A stretch of 64,000 nucleotides of DNA from Deltaproteobacteria bacterium (GTDB lineage: Bacteria; Myxococcota; Myxococcia; Myxococcales; 40CM-4-68-19): positions 14,000 to 77,999 of the forward strand of contig VBKI01000058.1 in assembly GCA_005879535.1 (NCBI GenBank), in the 5' to 3' direction. Shown piece after piece: positions 1 to 8,261 of the stretch. The stretch's first letter is position 1, and each line of letters opens with the position of its first letter. The notes beneath the pieces are model-generated. The model was not told the DNA's origin. It worked only from the letters and a program-made list of their open reading frames with translations, and searched no databases. A program made the position numbers and the translations under genes.

Positions 1-316
1 GGTGCGCCGCCGTCTGCGATTCCAGCTCGAGGAACGCAAGCTCCCAGTTGCCGAGGCCGAGCTCCATGTCCGCAAGCTCGTGCCGGGCGGTGGCCTGAAA
101 CGGTTCCAGCCGCAGCGCGGCGCGGAACCGGACGCGCGCGCGGTCGAAATCGCGCGACGCCACGGACAGGCGCGCCTGACCGAGCTCGCGCGCTGCCCGG
201 CGCTGCGTCACGAATCGGGATCGCCAGACCCGAGGGGCGCAAACCGCGGCCACCATGGCGGCGCCGAGCGCGATCCACCAACCAGGCCTCGAACGGCGAA
301 AGATGCCGCGGCGCAT
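1..316 (-). CDS. N-terminal fragment of a membrane-anchored helical-repeat (TPR-like) protein; runs off the window start
   Basis: Open minus-strand frame from ATG (314-316 on + strand as cat) to position 1. It is not in the ORF track because it is open-ended. Translation: MRRGIFRRSRPGWWIALGAAMVAAVCAPRVW...ARLSVASRDFDRARVRFRAALRLEP. There is one hydrophobic helix, and third codon positions are almost all G/C. No clear RBS, and a terminator lies about 20 nt upstream, so the start is uncertain. Confidence 0.35.
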   Translation of the reverse strand, partial: MRRGIFRRSRPGWWIALGAAMVAAVCAPRVWRSRFVTQRRAARELGQARLSVASRDFDRARVRFRAALRLEPFQATARHELADMELGLGNWELAFLELESQTAAH

Positions 317-335
317 TGCCCGTCAGCTTCGCACG

Positions 336-368
336 AAAAAAGGGCCGCGAGCGATGTGCCCGCGGCCC
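336..368 (-). terminator. Rho-independent terminator downstream of the porin gene
   Basis: On the minus strand the stem GGGCCGCG/CGCGGCCC (342-349 pairs with 361-368) is followed by a T6 run (A-run 336-341 on + strand). A second GC hairpin, GCCGCGC-cttc-GCGCGGC, lies at 403-420 directly after the porin stop. Confidence 0.6.
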
Positions 369-425
369 GTTCAATCGGCAGAGTCCAAAGCGTAGGCGCA
401 AAGCCGCGCCTTCGCGCGGCAGCGC

Positions 426-1727
426 CTAGAAGAGCACCGCCCAGTGCGCCAGGAACGACTTCTGCGCGGACACCCGCAGGCTGTTGGTGATCCCGCTTGG
501 GACGTAACCCGCGTTCCCTGCGGTGATGCTTTGCGGGCCATAGCCGGACACGCCGTGGTTCGACTGGAACTCGAGGTTCAGGTGATTCAGGTTCTTGTTG
601 AAGAAGAAGTTCAGGCCCGCCTTGAAGTTGCGGCTGTTACCGAGGTCCACGCTCGCGTTGCAGGTATTTCGCTGCGCGGTGGTGAGTGTCATCCCGTTGC
701 AGTCGGTCGATGTCTGGAAGTAGCTGAACGACGCGTATGGCGCGATGAAGCCGAAACGGTATCCGGCGTCGACGAAGAAGCCGGTGCCCGTATTCGTATT
801 GCCGCTCCCGTTCCCGTTCAGGTAGCCCACGGCCTCGACGACGAGCTCCGCCGCCTCGCTCTGCGGGAAGTTCAGGTACACGTCGGCCGAAGCCAGACGC
901 TGGTTGACGATGTCGCCAGTTGCGCTGATTCCCGTGTTCCGGATGGCCTGCGCCTGATAGATGCCCGAAAAACCGACACTGAGAACGGGGTCTTTCGCCC
1001 ACTTGTACGCGCCGTACAACCAGCCGCCTTCTTCCGAACCGATGATGTCGAAGTTGATGAAACCCGCGAACTGCGGATACCGCTTCGGAGTGATGCATCC
1101 GGCTCCTGTCGCCGAGCACTGACCCGCTGCGCCGGCGCCAAGAGGAGGCGCCGCCTGCAGGACCGGTGCATATCCCTCGTAGACCCCGCCCCGGAACCCG
1201 ATCTTCTTGTCCAGCCACCATCCGCGCACCTGCACGCCGGTGTCGCGCAAAGCGGGGAAGCCGTTGCCCGGGAAGCGGAATTCGTCGGTGTGCACGTCGG
1301 CGGTGATGAAGTTCGTCGTGCTCTCGAGCAGGTGATGCGAGATGGGGATCAGCAGCAAGCCGGCGTCGATGTAGAGGACGTTGCCGCCGGTGATCCCTGT
1401 CGGTGCCCAGCCGATCCACGCATCCTGGACGATGGCGCGGCCAGTGAAGTTGCCGAACTTGCCGAAGTTCGCGTTGTCGACCTGAATCAAATAGCTGAAG
1501 TTCTGATTGATATCGCCGTTCGCCAGAAGGCGAGTGCGGCGCACGTAGATGTCGTAGCTAGGATCTTTCCCGCTCGGAGCGCCGTTTTCATTGATGAGCG
1601 CCTGGGTCTGGACCTGCACGCTGATGTTGAGGGTCGCGCCTTCGATCGGAATCGGAACTTTGGTCGCGAACGCGGCCGGCGCGAGCAGGAGAGAAGTTGC
1701 AAGAACAGCTTTCAGGGTGGCCTTCAT
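426..1727 (-). CDS. Outer-membrane porin-like beta-barrel protein
   Basis: Start taken at MKATLKAVLATSLLLAPAAFA (signal peptide; AAGGA-like RBS about 8 nt upstream). Alternating amphipathic Gly/Tyr/Asn-rich sequence and a C-terminal ...HWAVLF aromatic end typical of OM barrels. Confidence 0.75.
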   Translation of the reverse strand: MKATLKAVLATSLLLAPAAFATKVPIPIEGATLNISVQVQTQALINENGAPSGKDPSYDIYVRRTRLLANGDINQNFSYLIQVDNANFGKFGNFTGRAIVQDAWIGWAPTGITGGNVLYIDAGLLLIPISHHLLESTTNFITADVHTDEFRFPGNGFPALRDTGVQVRGWWLDKKIGFRGGVYEGYAPVLQAAPPLGAGAAGQCSATGAGCITPKRYPQFAGFINFDIIGSEEGGWLYGAYKWAKDPVLSVGFSGIYQAQAIRNTGISATGDIVNQRLASADVYLNFPQSEAAELVVEAVGYLNGNGSGNTNTGTGFFVDAGYRFGFIAPYASFSYFQTSTDCNGMTLTTAQRNTCNASVDLGNSRNFKAGLNFFFNKNLNHLNLEFQSNHGVSGYGPQSITAGNAGYVPSGITNSLRVSAQKSFLAHWAVLF

Positions 1728-1770
1728 CGGCGATCCTTTCCGTCGGTTTCGGCTGCTCAACGAAGAGGCG

Positions 1771-1801
1771 GGGCGCTACGTGAGGCGGGCGCTACGTGAG
1801 G
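1771..1801. repeat. Tandem direct repeat GGGCGCTACGTGAGG x2 (16-bp period) upstream of the porin gene
   Basis: Identical 15-mers at 1771-1785 and 1787-1801, read directly from the sequence. They lie 44-74 bp upstream of the porin start. Confidence 0.85.
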
Positions 1802-1830
1802 AAAGCTGCGAGCTGCGGCGCCACTCTACG

Positions 1831-1848
1831 AAAAACGACCGCGTTTTT
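1831..1848 (-). terminator. Weak AT-rich hairpin after bdhA (possible terminator)
   Basis: AAAAACG-accg-CGTTTTT. On the minus strand the 3' arm supplies a T-run. The stem has only 2 GC pairs, so this is weak. Confidence 0.3.
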
Positions 1849-1886
1849 GCAAATACCCGGCGCGCACAGTCCTCTGACGCGAGCGG

Positions 1887-2654
1887 CTACTCCATGTGCC
1901 AGCCGTGGCTGACGATCACGGACTGGCCCGTCAGGGCGTTCGAGGGGAAGGCGGCGAAGAAGAGCGCCACCTCGGCGACGTCCGCCAACGTCGTGAACTC
2001 GCCGTCGACCGTCGTCTTGAGCATCACGTTTTTGATCACTTCCTGTTCGGTGATGCCTAATTCCTTTGCTTGTTCAGGGATTTGCTTTTCAACCAGCGGG
2101 GTGCGAACGAAGCCCGGGCAGATCGTGTTCGCGCGGATCCCGAACGCGGCGCCCTCCTTGGCGACGGACTTGCACAGCCCGATGATTCCGTGCTTCGCCG
2201 CGATGTAGGGCGCCTTCAGCGGGGATGCCTCTTTGGAGTGGACGGACCCCATATAGATGATCGCGCCGCCGCGGCGCTGATCGCGCATCCGGCGCATGCA
2301 GGCGCGTGTGGTGAGGAACGCCCCGTCGAGATGGATGGCCAGCATCCGACGCCAGTCGGAAAGCTGCAGGTCTACGAGCGCGGAAATGTGCTGCACGCCG
2401 GCGTTGGAGACGAGCACGTCGACTCCGGAGAACCTTGCGGCGACCTGCGCGATGCCCTCGTCGACCTGTTTTTCGTTGGTGACGTCCATGGAGACGCCCA
2501 TGGCGTTGGCACCCAGCGCTTCCGCCGTCTGCTCCGCGCCCTTCACGTCGGCGATGGCGACGCGGGCGCCCTCCTTGAGGAACCGTTCGGCGATGGCGCG
2601 GCCCAACCCGCTCGCCGCGCCGGTGACGATGGCGACCTTGCCTTCCAGTCTCAT
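1887..2654 (-). CDS. bdhA: 3-hydroxybutyrate dehydrogenase (classical SDR)
   Basis: 255 aa, MRLEGKVAIVTGAASGLGRAIA (TGxxxGxG). Carries NAGVQH, the YxxxK element (YIAAKHG), and ICPGFVRTPLVEKQI, which is characteristic of BDH-type SDRs. The ATG overlaps the livM stop (ATGA). Confidence 0.85.
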   Translation of the reverse strand: MRLEGKVAIVTGAASGLGRAIAERFLKEGARVAIADVKGAEQTAEALGANAMGVSMDVTNEKQVDEGIAQVAARFSGVDVLVSNAGVQHISALVDLQLSDWRRMLAIHLDGAFLTTRACMRRMRDQRRGGAIIYMGSVHSKEASPLKAPYIAAKHGIIGLCKSVAKEGAAFGIRANTICPGFVRTPLVEKQIPEQAKELGITEQEVIKNVMLKTTVDGEFTTLADVAEVALFFAAFPSNALTGQSVIVSHGWHME

Positions 2655-3589
2655 AAGGGCCTCTTGAGCACGCGCGACAGCTCTCCGAAGATGCCGCGCC
2701 GGAACGCCAGCACGCAAATGACGAAGATCGCGCCCTCGGTCACCGTCACCCAGGACCCGAGCTGCGCCAGATAGTTCTCCAGCGCCATGAAGATCACTGC
2801 CCCGGCTATGGGGCCGAAGATGGTCCCCATCCCGCCGATCAGCGTCATCAGGATCACTTCGCCGCTCATCCCCCAATGCACGTCGGTGAGCGAGGCGAGC
2901 TGGAAGACGATGGCCTTGGTCCCTCCGGCCAGCGCTGCCAGGGCCGCGGAGAGCACGAAGGCGATCACCTTGTACTGGTCGGTCTTGTAGCCGAGGGAGA
3001 TCGCCCGCGGCTCGTTCTCGCGGACGGCCTTCAGCACCTGCCCGAAGGGCGAATGGATGATCCGGTAGATCAGCGCAAAGCCGGCGACGAAGATCGCCGC
3101 CACGAAGTAGTACATGAAGTACTTGTTCTCGAGGTGGCCGCGCGGGACGCCCTGGATGCCGTTCTCGCCGCCGGTGAACTCCGCTCGCAGGCAGTAGAAG
3201 TAGAACATCTGCGCCAGCGCGAGCGTGATCATGGAGAAGTAGATCCCCTGCCGCCGGATGGCGATGAGGCCGACGACGAGCCCCAGCGCGGCGCCCACCA
3301 CCACCGAGAAGAGGATGGCCAGCTCGGGAGGCCATCCCCAGGCCAGCGCCGCGTGGGCGCTGGCGTAGCTCGCGCCGCCGAAGAACAGCGCGTGGCCGAA
3401 GGAAAGCAGGCCGACGTATCCGATGAGCAGGTTGAAGGCGCAGGCGAAGAGCGCAAAGCAGAGGACCTTCATCGCGAAGAACGGATAGACGACCCACGGC
3501 GCCGCGATCACCGCCGCCACCAGGATGGCGATGGGGATCCGCTGGGAGACGGCGCGGGTCTCGATGCGCTGGACGACCGCTTCCGTCAT
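2651..3589 (-). CDS. livM: Branched-chain/hydrophobic amino acid ABC transporter permease (LivM-type)
   Basis: 312 aa polytopic membrane protein with LLIGYVGLLSFGHALFFGGASY and GMGTIFGPIAGA motifs typical of LivM. ATGA overlap with the livH stop. Confidence 0.85.
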   Translation of the reverse strand: MTEAVVQRIETRAVSQRIPIAILVAAVIAAPWVVYPFFAMKVLCFALFACAFNLLIGYVGLLSFGHALFFGGASYASAHAALAWGWPPELAILFSVVVGAALGLVVGLIAIRRQGIYFSMITLALAQMFYFYCLRAEFTGGENGIQGVPRGHLENKYFMYYFVAAIFVAGFALIYRIIHSPFGQVLKAVRENEPRAISLGYKTDQYKVIAFVLSAALAALAGGTKAIVFQLASLTDVHWGMSGEVILMTLIGGMGTIFGPIAGAVIFMALENYLAQLGSWVTVTEGAIFVICVLAFRRGIFGELSRVLKRPL

Positions 3590-4464
3590 GCCTGCTTCCC
3601 GAACAGGCCCGCCGGCCGCACCAGCAGCACGACGGCCATGACCACGAAGATGACGGTGTTCGACGCCTCCGGATAGAAGACCTTGGTCAGGCCCTCGAGG
3701 ATGCCGAGGGTGAAGCCGGTGACGATTGAGCCGAGGATGGAGCCCATTCCGCCGATCACCACCACCGCGAACACGACGATGATCAGGTCGGACCCCATCA
3801 GCGGGCTCACCCGGTAGATCGGCGCGGCCAGTACGCCGGCGAACGCGGCAAGCGCCACGCCGAGGGCGTACGTGATGGTGATCATCCGCGGAACGTTGAT
3901 GCCGAAGGCACTGACCAGCGCCGCGTTCTCGGTCGCCGCGCGGAGCCAGGAGCCGAGCCTCGTCCCCTCGGTGATCGCCCAGGTCCCGACGCAGAGAATC
4001 AGCGAGACGCCGATCACCCAGACGCGGTAGTTCGGCAGGAACATGAACCCGAGGGCCTGCCCTCCCTGGAGCTGCCGCGGCATCTCGTACGGCATCCCGC
4101 TGGAACCGAACCAGTTGCTGAAGACGCCCTGGAGGATCAGCGCAATCCCAAAGGTAAGGAGAAGCCCGTAAAGCGGATCGAGCCTGGCGATCCGCCGGAG
4201 CATCGTCCGTTCGATGACGACGCCGAGCATTCCCACCGCGAGCGGCGCGAGGATCAGCGCCGGCCAGTACCCGATACCGGCCTTTTCCAGAAGTCCCCAG
4301 GCCACGAACGCCCCCAGCATGTAGAGGGCGCCGTGGCAGAAATTGATCACGTTCAGAAGGCCGAAGATGATCGCCAGGCCCAGCGAGAGCAGCGCGTAGA
4401 ACGAGCCGTTGATCAGCCCGATCAGCAGCTGCCCGAACAGGGCCTGGACGGGGACCGCGACCAT
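3586..4464 (-). CDS. livH: Branched-chain/hydrophobic amino acid ABC transporter permease (LivH-type)
   Basis: 292 aa, LINGSFYALLSLGLAIIFGLLNVINFCHGALYMLGA..GGMGSILGSIVTG, which is the LivH signature layout. Confidence 0.9.
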   Translation of the reverse strand: MVAVPVQALFGQLLIGLINGSFYALLSLGLAIIFGLLNVINFCHGALYMLGAFVAWGLLEKAGIGYWPALILAPLAVGMLGVVIERTMLRRIARLDPLYGLLLTFGIALILQGVFSNWFGSSGMPYEMPRQLQGGQALGFMFLPNYRVWVIGVSLILCVGTWAITEGTRLGSWLRAATENAALVSAFGINVPRMITITYALGVALAAFAGVLAAPIYRVSPLMGSDLIIVVFAVVVIGGMGSILGSIVTGFTLGILEGLTKVFYPEASNTVIFVVMAVVLLVRPAGLFGKQA

Positions 4465-4467
4465 CGA

Positions 4468-5808
4468 TCACTTCACGCCGGCATCGACTGCGCGGCTGGC
4501 TGCGCCGGCATCGGCTGCGCCGGCATCGACTGCGCCGGCATCGACTGCGCCGGCATCGACTGCGCCGCTGGCTGCACCGGCGGCCGCGGCGCTGGCCTTG
4601 CCGCTGGCGCTGACCAGCGAGCACTCCCCCGCATTCAGCGGCCGGAACGCCTGCTCCGCCGGCACTTCCTTCTTCAGCTTGTAGTAATCCCAAGCGCCCT
4701 TCGACTCCGACGGCTTCTTCACCTCGTACAGGTACATGGGGTGCATCTTCCGCCCGTCGGCGCGAATCGTGCCCTTGCCGAACGCCGGATCGTCCGTCGG
4801 CAACTTCTTCATCTGCTCGACCACTTTCTTCCCATCCGCATCGCTCTTCAACGCCTTCAGTGCCTTCAGGTAATGAAGCACCGACGCATACACTCCCGCC
4901 TGCACCATCGACGGCATCTTCCCGCCCATCCGGTCTGCCCACTTCTTCGACCAGGCGCGCGTCTTGTCGTCGCGGTCCCAGTAGAAGCTCTCCGAAAGCA
5001 AGAGCCCCTGCGCGGTCTGCAGCCCGAGCGCGTGCACGTCAGTGACGAAGACCAGCAGGCCCGCGAGTCGCTGGCCGCCTTTCACGATGCCGAATTCGGA
5101 CGCCGCCTTGATGGAGTTGATGGTATCGCCGCCGGCGTTGGCGAGGCCGATCACCTTGGCCTTCGACGACTGCGCCTGCAGCAGGAACGAGGAGAAGTCG
5201 GTGGTGTTGAGCGGGTGCTTGACGCCGCCGACCACCTTGCCGCCCGCCGCCGTGACTACGGCGGTCGTGTCCCGCTCCAGCGCCTGGCCGAAGGCGTAGT
5301 CGGCGGTGAGGAAGAACCAGGTATCCCCGCCGGACTGCACCTCCGCGGTCCCGGTGGTGTGGGCGAGGGCATACGTGTCGTAGGTCCAGTGCACGGTGTT
5401 CGGCGTGCACGCCTTGCCCGTCAGGTCGCTGGTGGCGGGCCCGGAGGCGAGGAAGACCTTGTTCTTGTCCTTCACCACCTGCGCGACGGCTAGCGCGACG
5501 GACGAGGTGGGGACGTCGACGATCACGTCCACGCCGTCCACGTCGATCCACTGGCGCGCGATGTTCGAGCCGACGTCCGGCTTGTTCTGGTGGTCGGCGA
5601 AGATCACTTCGATGTTGGCGTCGCCGATCTTTCCGCCCATCTCTTCCGCCGCCATCTTCGCCGCGGTCACCGAGCCCTGTCCGGCGAGATCGGCGTACAG
5701 GCCCGACTGATCGTTGAGGACGCCGATCTTGATCACCTTCCCGGTGAACTCGGCGCGCGCGGCCAGGGGCAGCGCGAGGACCAACAGCATTGCGATGCGT
5801 GCGTTCAT
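4468..5808 (-). CDS. Periplasmic substrate-binding protein of the Liv/HAAT family with a repetitive Ala/Gly/Asp-rich C-terminal tail
   Basis: Signal peptide MNARIAMLLVLALPLAARA, then a type-I periplasmic binding fold sequence (KIGVLNDQSGLYADLAGQGS...). The last ~50 aa are (AVDAG)n-like and are encoded by the 15-bp repeat. Confidence 0.85.
   Translation of the reverse strand: MNARIAMLLVLALPLAARAEFTGKVIKIGVLNDQSGLYADLAGQGSVTAAKMAAEEMGGKIGDANIEVIFADHQNKPDVGSNIARQWIDVDGVDVIVDVPTSSVALAVAQVVKDKNKVFLASGPATSDLTGKACTPNTVHWTYDTYALAHTTGTAEVQSGGDTWFFLTADYAFGQALERDTTAVVTAAGGKVVGGVKHPLNTTDFSSFLLQAQSSKAKVIGLANAGGDTINSIKAASEFGIVKGGQRLAGLLVFVTDVHALGLQTAQGLLLSESFYWDRDDKTRAWSKKWADRMGGKMPSMVQAGVYASVLHYLKALKALKSDADGKKVVEQMKKLPTDDPAFGKGTIRADGRKMHPMYLYEVKKPSESKGAWDYYKLKKEVPAEQAFRPLNAGECSLVSASGKASAAAAGAASGAVDAGAVDAGAVDAGAADAGAASRAVDAGVK
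4476..4574. repeat. In-frame 15-bp tandem repeat CGCCGGCATCGACTG (four contiguous copies 4503-4562 plus one at 4476-4490), interleaved with 12-nt CGC(G/C)GCTGGCTG units
   Basis: Read directly from the sequence. It encodes the AVDAGAVDAGAVDAGAADAG tail of the binding protein. Confidence 0.9.
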
Positions 5809-5827
5809 GGTTGGAGCTCCTTGAGGG

Positions 5828-6532
5828 TCAAACTCCGAGATACTGCTGTACCCGGTCCATGCTGTCCCGCAGCGCGGCGTTCGGAATCTCGTCGACGATC
5901 TTCCCGCGCTCCATGACGTAGTGACGATCGGCGACCGTACCGGCGAAGCGAAGGTTCTGCTCGACGAGCAGGATGGTGAATCCGTCCGCCTTCAGCTTCC
6001 GGATCACGTTACCGATCTGCTGGACAATCACAGGCGCCAGGCCCTCGGTCGGCTCGTCGAGGAGGAGGAGCCTCGCGCCGGTGCGGAGGATGCGGCCGAT
6101 GGCGAGCATCTGCTGCTCGCCCCCCGAGAGCCGCGTCCCCTGGCTGCGGAGCCTTTCGCGAAGGTTGGGGAACAGCTCGAAGACCTGGTCGCGGGTCAGG
6201 CCGCCGTCGCGGATCTTCGGCGGCAGCATGAGATTTTCCTCGACGTCGAGGCTGGCGAAGATGCCGCGCTCCTCCGGGCAGAAGGCGATCCCATGCCGCG
6301 CGATCCGGTAGGGCGGCAGGTCGATGGTCTCCGCTCCCTCGATCTTCACCGAGCCGGTCCGGCGGGGGACGATCCCCATGATCGACTTCATGGTCGTCGT
6401 TTTGCCCGCTCCGTTGCGCCCGACCAGAGTCACCAGCTCGCCCTTGCGCACCTCGAGGTCGACGCCGTGCAGCACGTGGGACTCGCCGTACCACGCCTGC
6501 AGCTTGGTGACGGAGAGCAGCGCGTCAGGCAT
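5828..6532 (-). CDS. livF: Branched-chain amino acid ABC transporter ATP-binding protein (LivF-type)
   Basis: 234 aa from MPDALLSVTKLQAWYG. Walker A GRNGAGKTT, signature LSGGEQQMLAIGR, Walker B LLLLDEP. Its start overlaps the end of the livG C-terminal fragment. Confidence 0.9.
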   Translation of the reverse strand: MPDALLSVTKLQAWYGESHVLHGVDLEVRKGELVTLVGRNGAGKTTTMKSIMGIVPRRTGSVKIEGAETIDLPPYRIARHGIAFCPEERGIFASLDVEENLMLPPKIRDGGLTRDQVFELFPNLRERLRSQGTRLSGGEQQMLAIGRILRTGARLLLLDEPTEGLAPVIVQQIGNVIRKLKADGFTILLVEQNLRFAGTVADRHYVMERGKIVDEIPNAALRDSMDRVQQYLGV

Positions 6533-7248
6533 GCTCGGTGCCCAGATATGCGGCGACAACGGCCGGATTCTTGGAGACGGACTCGTAGTCGCCTTCGGCG
6601 AGCACCTCGCCGCGGGCGAGAACGGTGATGCGCTGGGAGAGACTCGCGACCACGCCCAGGTTGTGCTCCACCATCAGGACCGTACGGTCCTTGGCGACCC
6701 GCTGGATGAGCGCCGCGATGCGATCCACGTCCTCGTGGCCCATGCCGGCGGTCGGCTCGTCGAGCAGCAGCATTTCGGGATCGAGCGCCAATGTGGTGGC
6801 GATCTCCAGCGCCCGCTTGCGCCCGTAGGGCAGCTCCGGCCGACAACAGCTCCTCGGCGCGGGCGTCGAACTGGCGGAGCACGCGGTCGCTCTGCCAGAA
6901 ATCGAAGGACCCGCCGCGCTTGCGCTGCAGCGCGATGCGGACGTTCTCCAGGGCCGTGAGATAGGGAAACACCGCGCTGATCTGGAAGGAGCGCACCAGT
7001 CCCATGCGCGCGACGTCCGCGGGAGCAGCGGCCGTGATGTCGCGTCCCTTGTAGTTGATGGTGCCGTTCGTCGCAGGCAGGAACCGGGTCAGCAGGTTGA
7101 AGCAGGTCGTCTTGCCCGCGCCGTTGGGGCCGATCAGCGCGTGGATGGTTCCGCGAACTACCCGCAGGTCGACGCGCTTGACGGCGATGAACCCGCGAAA
7201 CTCCTTGGACAGCCCGCGGGTCTCGAGGATGACCTCAGGTTCGGGCAC
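6525..7248 (-). pseudogene. livG: LivG-type ABC ATP-binding protein with a broken reading frame (internal deletion/frameshift near 6835-6845)
   Basis: The N-terminal part (MPEPEVILETRGLSKEFRGF..GPNGAGKTT..FDARAEELLS) is in one frame. The C-terminal part (ELPYGRKRALEIATTLALDPEMLLLDEPTAGMGHEDV..MVEHN..AAYLGTEHA) is in another frame. About 10-12 residues expected between them (the xVGLxxxAD segment of LivG proteins) are missing. Confidence 0.7.
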
Positions 7249-7358
7249 GCGGCTACTTAGTCGAAAGGCTGCCCGCCGTGCAAGTACGGGAGCGCTGGAA
7301 AGGTGCGATCCGGGCGCTGCGTCGCCAGCTTTCCGGCTGACTTACCCAAGGGGAGAAA

Positions 7359-8120
7359 ATGCATATGACCGCTTTCATCCGTTCCCTCTGTCTTTCCGCG
7401 CTGCTCGCGGCCGGCGCCGCCTGGGCGCAGCAGCAGCCGGTCGACAATCCCGACAACCCGCACTCGACGAAGGCGAAGGACAAGCAAACCTCCGACGTCC
7501 CGAGCTCCACCACCAACCCGCAGGTCAATCAGGCGGAGCAGGGCAGCCCGCGCAGTCCGCAGAACAAGGACGTCGCGGCCGGCCAGACCACCGCCATGAC
7601 GGACAAGGACCAGATGTCCGGCATGGACCACGACATGATGAAGAACGCGACGCCGCAGCAGATCCTGCAGAAGCTGCACATGTCGAACCTGCACGAGATC
7701 GAGATGGCGAAGATGGCGGAGCAGAACGGCTCAGACAAGATCAAGTCCTACGCGAAGACGCTGCAGACGGATCACCAGGACGCCGACAAGAAGGTGAAGG
7801 ACCTGGCGCAGAAGAAGAACTTCACCCTCACCGACACGGCGAAGAACCCCGAGATGCAGCAGAAGATGGAGCAGGCGAATCAGCGCTTCTCCAGCATGAA
7901 GGGGCAGGAATTCGATCGCGCCTTCACCAACCGGATGTCGATGGAGCACAAGCGGGTGATCTCGATGGCGCAGAACTGGCGGCAGAACTGCACCGACCAG
8001 GACGTCTGCAACCTGATCGACACCTTGATGCCGAAGCTGCAGCAGCACGCGCAGATGGCGGATCAGCTCCGTGGGCCGACGGCGCAGGGGAGGACGCCGG
8101 AGAATCCGGTTAGCAGGTAG
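7359..8120 (+). CDS. Secreted DUF4142-like protein
   Basis: Signal peptide MHMTAFIRSLCLSALLAAGAAWA, a low-complexity linker, then the helical LHMSNLHEIEMAKMAEQNG...TLQTDHQDADKKVKDLA pattern recalled from DUF4142 proteins. Confidence 0.7.
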   Translation: MHMTAFIRSLCLSALLAAGAAWAQQQPVDNPDNPHSTKAKDKQTSDVPSSTTNPQVNQAEQGSPRSPQNKDVAAGQTTAMTDKDQMSGMDHDMMKNATPQQILQKLHMSNLHEIEMAKMAEQNGSDKIKSYAKTLQTDHQDADKKVKDLAQKKNFTLTDTAKNPEMQQKMEQANQRFSSMKGQEFDRAFTNRMSMEHKRVISMAQNWRQNCTDQDVCNLIDTLMPKLQQHAQMADQLRGPTAQGRTPENPVSR

Positions 8121-8144
8121 ACAACAGATCGTCAGGCGAAACCG

Positions 8145-8170
8145 CCCCGGACCCGCCCTGCGGGCCGGGG
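8145..8170 (+). terminator. GC-rich hairpin after the DUF4142 gene
   Basis: CCCCGG-a-CCCGC cct GCGGG CCGGGG followed by ctgttg. Lies 25 nt after the stop codon. Confidence 0.5.
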
Positions 8171-8261
8171 CTGTTGCCATCTCGGTGCGCGTGTGCTTTG
8201 GTCCGCCCCCGCAGCGCGTTCGGACTGGTTCGCTTCCCCCAAGCTGAAGGAGCGGACGTCG

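Noticed and set aside
2-490. 162-codon plus-strand ORF at the window start
   Set aside because: Low-complexity Arg/Ala/Pro sequence. The opposite strand gives a more protein-like N-terminus with a TM helix (1-316) followed by a terminator. It also overlaps the porin 3' end.
4476-4574. Regular short repeats that might be mistaken for a CRISPR array
   Set aside because: The units are only 15 bp, contiguous with no spacers, and lie in frame inside a binding-protein gene. There are no cas genes in the window.
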